Part shown: piece after piece, positions 11,069 to 20,225 of the stretch
Numbering within the stretch: position 1 is the first letter of the stretch
How the letters are laid out: every line of letters starts with the position of its first letter
Source: Ancylonema sp.
Lineage: Eukaryota
Length of the DNA stretch: 20,894 nucleotides
Direction: 5' to 3'
Assembly: GCA_050230475.1 (NCBI GenBank)
Contig: JBFLGF010000045.1
Span: forward strand, 62,001-82,894
Position numbers and translations under genes: made by a program
Notes under the pieces: model-generated
Databases searched by the model: none
Told to the model about the DNA's origin: nothing
Seen by the model: the letters and a program-made list of their open reading frames with translations, nothing else

Positions 11069-12340
11069 ATGGATGTGGCAGCGTCAGAGCGTGTTTCGAA
11101 GCTTTTGGATATTGCAACGGGCACAACGGGATTGTTGGTCGACCCTGCGTCTTTACGGGACCTGAAACGCCTCGCCAAAGCTTCTGACTCCGACCTGCGC
11201 CAGATTCACGCTTTGCTGCAGGAGAATCGAGGGACAGAGGTGCAGAGAAAGTGTGGCAGGTTCGGGATAGAGTTGGTGGCGACAGCTGGCGACGTGGCAG
11301 AGGCCGAAGATGTCGAGATGGAGGAAGTGGAAGGGGAGGACGGGGAGGCAGGGCGAAACAGAATGGAAGGAGGGGAGGTGGGACCTGTGCTAGTGCCGCA
11401 GGCGATGCCAGGTGTCACAGTCCAAGTGGCTGCGAGGTCTGTGCCTGAGAAGAAGGGGGGGGAGACTTTGAGTGCTTCGAAACTGCGGCTGCTGGCGGAA
11501 GCTCCTGTGGTTCAATGGGGGGGGGAGCTGGAGACGTGGGGGGAGGAGCAGGCGGTGTATGTGAATGAGAGGGGTCTGGATGTGGAGAACCACTGGGGAC
11601 CCGTGTGTGCGGATGCGGTTATCTCCGCAGAACGAGTGAGGGAGTGGGGCATGCGGGCTTCCTACTACGAGCCGAAACCGGCCCCAGTTATCCCCCCCTG
11701 CCGGGCCCCCCTCAGAGATGGGAGGCTGTGTGAAAGGAGGGATCTGGTGAGCTGTCCGGTGCACGGCAGGATAGTGGCAAGGGACGATGCAGGGCGACAG
11801 CTGGACACCCAGAAAAAGGAAGCTTCTGTGAAGGTGTCCAAGAGTCCAGGAACAGTGCCTGGGAAGGGGGGGGGGCTGCAGGTGGGCCTGGGGATGGATG
11901 GGGAGGGGGGGAGGACAGGGGAGGGGAGGACGAGGGGTGAGGGTGGGGGGGGGAGGCTAGCGGATAATTGGGAAGGTGGCAGTGAGGTAGGTATGGATTT
12001 GAGTCAGGCTGCACAGCTGGCAGTCGCGAATGTGAGGAAGCAGCAGCAGGGGGAGGCTGTCTCTAAGAAAAGGGCTCGAGTGGCGCGGGAGCATAACGCT
12101 GAGGTGGCAGTGAGGACGGCTTTGGGAGGGAGTGCGCAGGGGCTGGGGTTGGTTTTGAATGAGGATTTGGAAGGGTTGCCGAGAAGGGGGGGGGTGGGGG
12201 GGTGGAAGGAGGAGACGTTGGCGGGGATGCTGAGAACGAAATCGTCGGCGAGAGATCGGATCATAAAATTTGTGTTGAGGAAACGAGGGAAGGAGGTGGC
12301 GGGGGAGAGGAAGGCGAGAGAAGAGCAGCATCGGTTCTAA
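11069..12340 (+). CDS. UVSSA: UV-stimulated scaffold protein A homologue, copy 1 (in-frame internal deletion)
   Basis: N-terminus (RVSKLLDIATGTTGLLVDPASLRDLKRLAKASDSDLRQIHALL) resembles the first helices of the UVSSA VHS domain. Also LLAEAPVVQWGGELETW, the C3H zinc finger CRAPLRDGRLCERRDLVSCPVHGRIVARDDAG (human [32 protein letters not shown], recalled) and the C-terminal SARDRIxKFVL helix. Only 423 aa; the central region is absent. Confidence 0.9.
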   Translation: MDVAASERVSKLLDIATGTTGLLVDPASLRDLKRLAKASDSDLRQIHALLQENRGTEVQRKCGRFGIELVATAGDVAEAEDVEMEEVEGEDGEAGRNRMEGGEVGPVLVPQAMPGVTVQVAARSVPEKKGGETLSASKLRLLAEAPVVQWGGELETWGEEQAVYVNERGLDVENHWGPVCADAVISAERVREWGMRASYYEPKPAPVIPPCRAPLRDGRLCERRDLVSCPVHGRIVARDDAGRQLDTQKKEASVKVSKSPGTVPGKGGGLQVGLGMDGEGGRTGEGRTRGEGGGGRLADNWEGGSEVGMDLSQAAQLAVANVRKQQQGEAVSKKRARVAREHNAEVAVRTALGGSAQGLGLVLNEDLEGLPRRGGVGGWKEETLAGMLRTKSSARDRIIKFVLRKRGKEVAGERKAREEQHRF

Positions 12341-12424
12341 CGAGTGGTCAGGGGTCGAAATTCTGGTCGGATCGAAGCGTCCGAATTGTGCGTTTGGATT
12401 GATTGATGGCTTGCTTTTTAAGTT

Positions 12425-12425
12425 N
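12425..12425. other. Single-N assembly join
   Basis: Lone n exactly between the two UVSSA units. Confidence 0.9.
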
Positions 12426-12427
12426 AA

Positions 12428-13531
12428 GAGGTGCAGAGAAAGTGTGGCAGGTTCGGGATAGAGTTGGTGGCGACAGCTGGCGACGTGGCAGAGGCTGAAG
12501 ACGTCGGGATGGAGGAAGTGGAATGGGAGGATGGGGGGGCGGGGCGAGACAGGGTGGAAGGAGGGGAGGTGGGACCTGCGCTCGTGCCGCAGGCGACGCC
12601 AGGTGGCACAGTCCAAGTGGCTGCAATGTCTGTGTCTGAGAAGAAGGGGGGCAAGGCTTTGAGTGCCTCGAAACTGCGGCTGCTGGCTGAAGCTCCCGTG
12701 GTGCAATGGGGGGGCGAGCTGGAGACGTGGGGGGAGGAACAGGCGGTGTATGTGAATGAGAGGGGTCTGGATGTGGAGAACCACTGGGGACCCGTGTGTG
12801 CAGATGCGGTTATCTCGGCAGAACGGGTGAGGGAGTGGGGCATGCGGGCTTCCTACTACGACCAGAAACCGGCCCCGGTTATCCCCCCCTGCCGGGCCCC
12901 CCTCAGAGATGGGAGGCTGTGTGAAAGGAGGGATCTGGTGAGCTGTCCGGTGCACGGCAGGATAGTGGCCAGGGACGAGGCAGGGCGACAGCTGGACATT
13001 GAGATAAAGGAAGGTTCTGGGAAGGTGTCCAAGATTCCAGGGACAGTGCCTGGGAAGAGGAGGGGGCTGCAGGTGGGCGCGGGGATGGATGGGGATGGGG
13101 GGAGGACACGGGAGGGGAGGAAGAGGGGTGAGGGTGGGGGGGGGAGGCGAGCGGATAATTGGGAAGGTGGCAGTGAGGGGGGTGTGGATTTGAGTGAGGC
13201 TGCGCAGCTGGCAGTTGCGAATGTGAGGAGGCAGCAGCAGGGGGAGGCTGTCTCCAAGAAGAGGGCTCGAGTGGCGCGGGAGCATAACGCTGAGGTGGCA
13301 GTGAGGACGGCTTTGGGAGGGAGTGCGCAGGGGCTGGGGCGGGTCCTGAATGAGGATTTGGAAGGGTTGCCGAGGAGGGGGGTGGGGGGGTGGAAGGAGG
13401 AGACGTTGGCGGGGATGCTGAAAAAGAAATCGTCGGCGAGAGATCGGATCACAAAATTTGTGTTGAGGAGACGAGGGAAGGAGGCGGCGGGGGAGGGGAA
13501 GTCGAGAGAAGAGCAGCACCGGTTTTTTTGA
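12428..13531 (+). CDS. UVSSA: UVSSA homologue, copy 2 (5'-truncated at the assembly N)
   Basis: Begins right after N12425 with EVQRKCGRFGIEL. Colinear with copy 1; about 40 aa differences over ~366 aa by manual count, mostly in Gly/Glu-rich linkers; zinc-finger residues identical. Confidence 0.9.
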   Translation, partial: EVQRKCGRFGIELVATAGDVAEAEDVGMEEVEWEDGGAGRDRVEGGEVGPALVPQATPGGTVQVAAMSVSEKKGGKALSASKLRLLAEAPVVQWGGELETWGEEQAVYVNERGLDVENHWGPVCADAVISAERVREWGMRASYYDQKPAPVIPPCRAPLRDGRLCERRDLVSCPVHGRIVARDEAGRQLDIEIKEGSGKVSKIPGTVPGKRRGLQVGAGMDGDGGRTREGRKRGEGGGGRRADNWEGGSEGGVDLSEAAQLAVANVRRQQQGEAVSKKRARVAREHNAEVAVRTALGGSAQGLGRVLNEDLEGLPRRGVGGWKEETLAGMLKKKSSARDRITKFVLRRRGKEAAGEGKSREEQHRFF

Positions 13532-13552
13532 GGTTTTTTTGAGTTTTTTGAG
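13523..13552 (+). repeat. Three T6-7GAG(G) units spanning the stop codon of UVSSA copy 2
   Basis: TTTTTTTGAGG TTTTTTTGAG TTTTTTGAG; copy 1 has TTCTAACGAGTGGTC at the equivalent position. Confidence 0.85.
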
Positions 13553-14065
13553 AGGGGTCGAGAATCTGGTCGGACCAAAGCGTCCGACAAATTGTGCGTT
13601 TAGTTAGTTGATGGCCTGCTTTTGAAATTTAGGACTTTCGGGGGGCGCGAGCAGTCATTGAATTGCAACACATGGTTGTGTTCATGAGGTGTATGTACAT
13701 AAAATAGTGGGGGAGTGGTCAGGACTCTGTTCCCGATCAGGTTTCAAAAGTGAAGATCGGGCAGGCTCGGTTTACACGTGCAGTGTGTCATCATGAATCA
13801 CAACTGGGGAGTTCAGTTTGGGTGCGTTCGAAAGTGGCGCGCCCACTCCTCTTGTTGGTTCGAATGTAGAAAGAAAGAGAGCATAATCCGCAGTTGTGCT
13901 AACCTTCTCTATCGTGTCAATCCACAACTGAAATTGCACACATGAGTTCCACAATCACGTTATAAATTTCCGGGGCTAAAGAAATATGCGGTAAGGTCAT
14001 TTCACCGTCATCACCGAGTCCACTACAATGTTGTTCTACATTAGGACCGCATCCTCTTGCCTCCC

Positions 14066-16729
14066 CTATACCCTCCTCGCCCAAACCTCCCGCCCCCTCT
14101 CCCCCACCCTCTCCACTGCCTCCACCACCCCCCTGGTAAGGAGAATGAGTACAGCTGTGAGCAGCACCGTGAGGCCCGCCCACGCCACCCTTATCTTCAA
14201 CCCCACATCCCCTTTCACTCTCGCCAGACTCGCTCGAGCCAAAAACCAAAGTCTCCGATTCTGGGCTCGCGCAACTGCAGCAGGATTGGGCGGCCCAGGG
14301 AGCGCCACCTGTCCTGCCACCTCACCCTCTTCAGCTGCCATGCTGGCGTTACGTGATTGACCCACTCCCCCCACGGCCAGAGATTGTCCCTCCCCCTTCA
14401 CCCACAACACGTTCCGCTTGCCCCCCCCCACCCCCCTCCTCTCCTCCCTCTGGGGATGGCGTACCCAGCCCCTCATTTTGTCGTGCAGCAATTGCGCCGC
14501 TACTTGCGCCAGCCTCTCCCTCACGGGACGCGCCTCTCTGGACACAAACGCCTCTGCCACCGCTTCCATGTCCTGAAGAGAGGAAGAGAGGGAGGGAGGC
14601 GGTATGAGCGTGGGAAAGAGGGGGGGAGGGGGGGGGGGGGGGGTACCGCTTCCAGGAGCACTCTCCTGGCACTGGCCGCCTCTCTGGACAGCAGCAGCTC
14701 GGTCAGACCGCTTCCGCCTTTCAGCCCCGCCACTTGTCCCGAGGGGGGGGTGGGGTTCATCGGTAATGCTAGAGTGGCCTCTCTCAGCCTGACAGGTGGA
14801 GGGGGGAAGCGTCATGCGGGTGGTTGAGGAGGAGGAGGAGGAGGAGGTGCTGACCTGTCGGCTTGCAAGGATGAGGTGGCGAGGGCAGCCATGCGATCCC
14901 AGCGGAAACGGCGGGAGTCAGTGAGGAGGAGCTGGGGGGGGGATGGGGGTTTGGACGGCGGCATATTTGTGATCGAACGGTGCTTGGTGTCCCTCATATA
15001 ATTGTTGCTGTGAGTCCGAGTCCTGGGGCTTATATAAAAGTGTGACTGCAATGTCTTTGTGGTGCGTGTCTAGTGTTGACTCTATCACCGATGCGTGATA
15101 CCGTTAGTGTTCAATTCTGGTTCAGTCACCATCCTCACCGTTATCATTACCATCATTGCCTGTGTTGCTACCACTGATACACCATTTGATGATGAGAGGA
15201 AACAGCTGTAGACTGATTCCAGTTCAGGGCAACTGCCGTGAATGATAATGATTACATACGTACCCACTTGTATTATATCATATTGTATTGCATATAAACA
15301 TTTCAGAATCGACCCCTCTCCCCCACCTGTCTCAGCACGGCTCTCGAAGTCGGTGTGGGGTCGGTGAGCAGGCGGCGCACCACGTAGGGATACGCGGAGG
15401 CAAACACTTTGAAGTCCGGATTCACCGCCAGCCCGATCCCTGTGCCCCCATCCCCATCCCCACCCGTCACCCTCCCTCCCTCCCTCCCTCCCAGCCTCCC
15501 AGCCTGCTTCCCACCTTCCAGGGAGGCCAGGGAGCGCAGCACCAGCGTGTAGTAGGGGGGGAGCTTGAAGCGGAAGTTGAGGGCGATGCGCCACAGCTGT
15601 GTGGTCACCTGCCCCCCCACCGCGATTCGACTGACTCAGTGCGCGAGGAGGAAAGGGGGGAGCGCTTTCTCTCTGCTCTCTGCTCACCTGTCCGAATTTG
15701 ATGTCGGGGATGCCACCTGTCACCACCGCCTCCGGACCCACACCAAACGCCTCCTCCAGAGCCTGCCACGTCAGCACGGCCACACGACGACATCTGTCTC
15801 TTCAGGCAGAGGGGGATGGAACCATCTCCCAACTGACACCTGTCAGCTGCTACCAACCCCCCCCCCCCCTTCCCTACCCGGGTGACCGCCGTCCTGTCTG
15901 TCGTTGGTTTGAGCACATCCATGGCCGCCAGGTCATCCGCCAGCGCCGCCCACTCTGCGTTGACGAGGTGGGCGATGGCCGCCAGCATGGCCGCCTGGTG
16001 CCGCTTCTCCATCCGAGTCAGCAGCCCGAAGTCGAGGTACGCCACCTGGCCCTGCGGGGTGAGCAGCAGGTTGCCGGGATGGGGGTCGGCGTGCATGACC
16101 CCGCTGTCCAGCAGCTGCACCAGAGAGCTCTCCACCCCGATCGCCACCTACCACCCAGCCAGGAGGACACGTGTCAGATGCACTACCCTACCTCCGCCCC
16201 CCCCCCTTCTTCCGGTTGCAGTACCAGCCGCAGCAGTTTATTTTTGGCCCCCTCTGCCCCCCCCCTGGCGGCCGCCATCAGATCCGAGGGGCGCTCGCCC
16301 TCCATCCACTCCATAGTCATCACCCGCCGCGCCGTCAGGTCCGACCGCACACCTGGCACCACCACGCCCGACAGCTGGCGGTGGGCCTCCTGGGGGAGGG
16401 GAGGGGGGGAGGCATGAGGATCGGGGCTGGGGTGGGTGGGGTGGGGCGGGGTGGGGTGGCGTACTGCGAACAAGGTGGCGTTGGCCGCCTCCTGCGTGTA
16501 GTCCAGCTCCCCGTACAGCCCCCGCCCGAGCTCGTCTGCCAGCACACGCAGGTCGCTGCTCATGCCGCCCACCTTGCGCACCCACCCCAGCTGGACAGGT
16601 GGCACCACGGGGGGGGTGGGTCAGGGGGAGGGGATGGAGGAGGTGGGGGCGGTTTCCTCACGATGATTCGCAGAATGAGGATGTCTCGTGCAACCGCCAG
16701 CTGGGCGCCGGGCCGCTGCACCTTCACGG
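14066..16729 (-). CDS. ABC1K4: ABC1/UbiB atypical kinase (ABC1K4-like), 3' part, copy B: partial exon 6 to last exon
   Basis: Exons 16729-16662, 16590-16465, 16389-16225, 16147-15878, 15762-15688, 15608-15515, 15439-15327, 14931-14855, 14788-14647, 14572-14066 (last may hold an in-frame intron); all GT-AG and phase-compatible. Motifs: VKVQRP, ELDYTQEAAN, VMTMEWMEG, HADPHPGN, YLDFGL, FKLPPYYTLVLRSLASLEG, AYPYVVRRLL, FRWDR. GIPDIKF, SREA and the hydrophobic C-terminus resemble Arabidopsis At2g39190. Family certain, subfamily from recall. Confidence 0.88.
14826..14846 (+). repeat. (GAG)7 microsatellite in ABC1K intron 13
   Basis: gaggaggaggaggaggaggag read directly. Confidence 0.85.
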
Positions 16730-18042
16730 NATGCTAGCCTCCCACCTTCTAGGGAGGCGAGGGAGCGCAGCACCAGTGTGTAGTAGGGCGGCAGCTTGAA
16801 GCGGAAGTTGAGGGCGATGCGCCACAGCTGAGTGGTCACCTGGCCACACCACAACCCCGACTCGCCTCACTCACCACACTGTGTGGACAGTGTGGACAGT
16901 GTGGGGGAAAGATTTTGAACGCAGGAGGGGCACTTTCTCTCTGCCACTTCCACCTGTCCGAAGTTGATGTCGGGGATGCCACCTGTCACCACCGCCTCTG
17001 GACCCACACCTAACGCCTCCTCCAGAGCCTGCCACGTCAGCACGGCCTCCCCATCATCACCACAGGACAACATCTGTCTCTTCAAATCAGGTAGAGGGGG
17101 ATGGAACCCCCAACACACCCCAAAAATCCGAACCATCTCCCAGCTGACACCTGTCACCTGCTAACACCCCCCCCCCCCCCTTTCCCTACCCGGGTGACTG
17201 CTGTCCTGTCTGTCGTTGGTTTGAGCACATCCATGGCCGCCAGGTCATCTGCCAGCGCCGCCCACTCTGCGTTGACGAGGTGGGCGATGGCCGCCAGCAT
17301 GGCAGCCTGGTGCCGCTTCTCCATCCGAGTCAGCAGCCCAAAGTCGAGATACGCCACCTGGCCCTGGGGGGTGAGCAGCAGGTTGCCCGGATGGGGGTCA
17401 GCGTGCATCACCCCGCTGTCCAGCAGCTGCACCAGAGAGCTCTCCACCCCAATCGCCACCTGGCGCCCAGCCAGGAGGACACGTGTCAGATGCACAACCC
17501 TACACCCGTCCCCCCCCCCCTTTTGGCTGCAGTACCAGTCGTAGCAGTTTGTTTTTGGCTCCCTCTGCCCCCCCCTGGCGGCTGCCATCAGATCCGACGG
17601 TCGCTCCCCCTCCATCCACTCCATCGTCATCACTCGACGAGCCGTCAGATCCGACCGCACACTTGGCACCACCACGCCCGACAGCTGGCGGTGGGCATCC
17701 TGGGGGAGGGGAGGGGAGGCATGAGGATCTGGGCTGGCGTGGATGGGATGGGGTGGGGTGGGGTGGGGTGGCGTACTGCAAACAAGGTTGCGTTGGCCGC
17801 CTCCTGAGTGTAGTCCAACTCGCCATACAGACCCCTCCCCAGCTCGTCTGCCAGCACACGCAGGTCGCTGCTCATGCCCCCCACCTTGCGCACCCACCCC
17901 AGCTGGACAGGTGGCACCACGGGAGGGGTGGGTCAGGGGGGAGGGGGTGGAGGAGGTGGGGGCGGTTTCCTCACGATGATTCGCAGAATGAGGATGTCTC
18001 GGGCCACTGCCAGCTGGACGCCAGGCCGCTGCACCTTCACCG
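15500..18042 (-). repeat. Direct duplication of ABC1K exon 6 (part) to intron 11 (~15500-16729 vs 16731-18042) separated by one N
   Basis: Colinear exons and introns. Intron 9 is 115 vs 161 nt and intron 10 is 79 vs 114 nt. Exons 7 and 9 encode identical peptides in both copies. Confidence 0.95.
16730..16730. other. Single-N assembly join
   Basis: Lone n between ABC1K copy A intron 11 and copy B mid-exon 6. Confidence 0.9.
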
Positions 18043-20225
18043 CAACTTCCTGTCCGTCGCGCGTCACCCCTCGGTACACCTGGCAGCCTCTCAGGGGTCC
18101 ACGTCAGCACTGACCCTACCCTCCCAGCCATGTGCGAAGTCCCACCTGCCCAAAGGAGGCAGCAGCCACGGGTGTGCGCGAGAGTTTGGGGAAGATGCGG
18201 TGCACAGCCTGGCCCAGCTCCTCCTCGATGATCTCCAGGGCGGTGGCAGTGGGGAAAGGGGGAAGGCGATCCTGGAGCTCTGCCAAGACCTGGATACCAT
18301 ACCAGCGCCCCCCCCTGCCAGTCAAGTCAAGGTTGGTGTGGAGAGGGGGGGGGAAGGTTCTGGGAAGGTACCTTGGCGGTGTCGGGTCCAATGATGTCGG
18401 GGCGAGCGGACAGGGATTGGGCAACTGGATTCGGTTGGGATGGAGATTGATACCAAAAAAGGTCAGTGGAAATAACTGTAGTCCAGATGAAAGCATAAAC
18501 AATATTGGTACGAAACAAATATAAACCAAAAAACAAAACAATGAAAAATAGCGCAAGAAGACCAATTTTTTTATTTTTTTTAAAATTAATAATAATAATC
18601 GAGGGGGTTCCCTCTCCTCTGCCTGGAAACCCCCCCCTCCCCCCCCCACCTTTGATGAAAGTCGGTCCTAGTCGCACCAGCATGTTCTTCAGCTTCATAG
18701 CCGTAGCCTTCCTCCTCTCCTCCAGATCCCCGCCATCCAGCGTCAGTCCCTGCCTCTCTACTCGCCTCACGGCCGCGTTGTCTGCGATGAGAGAGGCACT
18801 CATGGACACAGCAGCGACTGACACCTGGCACAGCCACGGCACAACAGGGTGACACGTGTCAGCCCGTACAGTCGACTCCCTCTAATGTGATGTTCTCAGG
18901 AGGGGGGAGCTGCACTCCTCCAGAAAGGGTGAGCCACAACCGAGTTGGTGAAGCAATCAGATTGGGGTGTAGAATGAGGCGGGATGAAGTTGTGGAGGTG
19001 GCAATTGGAAACGCATTTGGAAGTAGTGAGGTAGAGAGGCGAAGGTAAATGTGCTCCAATTTGGAGCAAAGAAAAATGGTTTCAATTGATTTAGTGTAGA
19101 CACCAAATTTTAGAATATGATATATCGGATATGTCGGATGGTATATGAGATATACAATATGACGAACTATTTAAAAAGTCTGACATCCAGCCAGACCCCC
19201 CCCCAGCCCCCCCCCCCTCCCCACCTGCACCAGTCTGAACCCCAGGAGGTGGGGCCTGCGACTGAAATAGTGCGCCACCTCGTTCGGGTCGTAGTCTGGC
19301 TGGAGGGGCAGACGAGCAGAGCGGATTGCCCACGCCACCTGGCACTGGAGGTGCTGGAGATACGCGCCATCATTGCGTACCGCGCCACCAAGCGTCAGAG
19401 CTGCACGCCCCCCAAACGGAATCACACTTCTGCAGCTCTCTCACCCCCCCCCACATTCATGCATTCATGCATTCAATCCTCGATTCCCCGATTCACAGGA
19501 GGGGGTGAATCTGAGACGTCCGATCGTTTGTCCGATCGGAGTAGTCGGAGAACGTACGAGTCGGTCCGGATCTGGGTCGGCGTGGCGGGGGGTCACTCCG
19601 TTTGGCTCCCGGATTTCGAGAGCGCGGAATTCGATGGCGTTCCGCAAAAAAGGCGCCCCCACCTTCCTCACCCATTTCCCCACCCTCTTCCCCACCATCT
19701 GACGCATCATCCTGTCCCGGGCGGCCGTGTGGCGCAGCCTCTGCAGAATAGGGTTGCCATCCATCAACTGCGGGGCCCGCTTCACCATCCGTTTCAGGTG
19801 CCACAGGGTGGGGCGGGGGGGGGGGTCGTCCACGTCAGCGCTGACAGCGGCAAGGTCGGCAGGGTGCCGAGCTGGCGGAGATACTGAGGAGCTCTGGGGG
19901 GGTGGTATCTGGCTGGCCGATGGCTGGGGGGGGCAGGGAGGGGATTGAGCCGTGTTGCTTTCTCCTGAGCTGCTCAGGTGTCTGACAGCAACGGCACGTT
20001 GCGGTGTGTCTGATGCTGACGTGGATGCCACCTCAGCATACGACCTCACTGACGAGGCAGTGTGGCGAGGGGCAGAGGTTGACTCATGCTGTCTGCCCGC
20101 TGAGGTGCCAGGTTGCTCCACCTCTTCCTCAAATCCAGGGGAGTCTGACACCTGTCGACCTGCCTGGCTGCCGGCTGCGTGTGCCAAAGGTGTGCGGCGA
20201 CGGCCTTCTTGTGAACCCTTCCCAC
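16746..20225 (-). CDS. ABC1K4: ABC1/UbiB atypical kinase (ABC1K4-like), 5' part, copy A: exons 1-11 (1-nt frameshift in exon 8)
   Basis: Exons 20225(or ATG 19788)-19497, 19400-19225, 18824-18650, 18424-18372, 18289-18146, 18079-17975, 17902-17777, 17699-17536 (164 nt vs 165 in copy B), 17459-17190, 17028-16954, 16839-16746. Motifs: YDPNEVAHYFSRRPH, LGPTFIKVAQSLSARPD, LAELQDRLPPF, VAAASFGQVY, VAVKVQRP, HADPHPGN, LDFGL. Confidence 0.88.

Larger units (their letters stand above)
11236..13630 (+). repeat. Direct duplication of ~1.19 kb (11236-12424 vs 12427-~13630) separated by one N
   Basis: Both units start AGAGGTGCAGAGAAAGTGTGGCAGG and end in the similar 3' flank (...TTGATGGCyTGCTTTTrAArTT). 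Confidence 0.95.

Noticed and set aside
11957..13519. 520-aa minus-strand ORF
   Set aside because: Antisense shadow of the G-rich UVSSA frame (Pro/Leu/His-rich); runs through the assembly N; no domain.
13523..13552. Interstitial telomere interpretation of the T6-7GAG repeat
   Set aside because: Does not match TTTAGGG, TTTTAGGG, TTAGGG or TTTTAGG; only three units.
13820..13875. GTTCGAA / GGTTCGAAT, tRNA T-loop or B-box-like words
   Set aside because: No T-stem, acceptor stem or spaced A-box could be formed around them.
15020..15045. TATATAAAAG TATA-like box, antisense, in ABC1K intron 12
   Set aside because: Isolated word in an AT-rich intron; no downstream ORF, LTR pair or terminal repeats.
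15500..18042. Kinase with a genuinely doubled catalytic domain or mutually exclusive exons
   Set aside because: Copy B starts mid-exon at an N with no acceptor; an uncollapsed overlap is simpler. Only long reads could revive the idea.
15288..18852. Plus-strand ORFs opposite ABC1K and intron read-through ORFs such as 17154-18131
   Set aside because: Explained by the spliced minus-strand kinase; poly-Gly/Pro stretches correspond to introns.
16879..19475. Small tandem repeats (TGTGGACAG x2 near 16882-16899; CATTCATG x2-3 near 19453-19474)
   Set aside because: Ordinary intronic slippage duplications with no sign of function.
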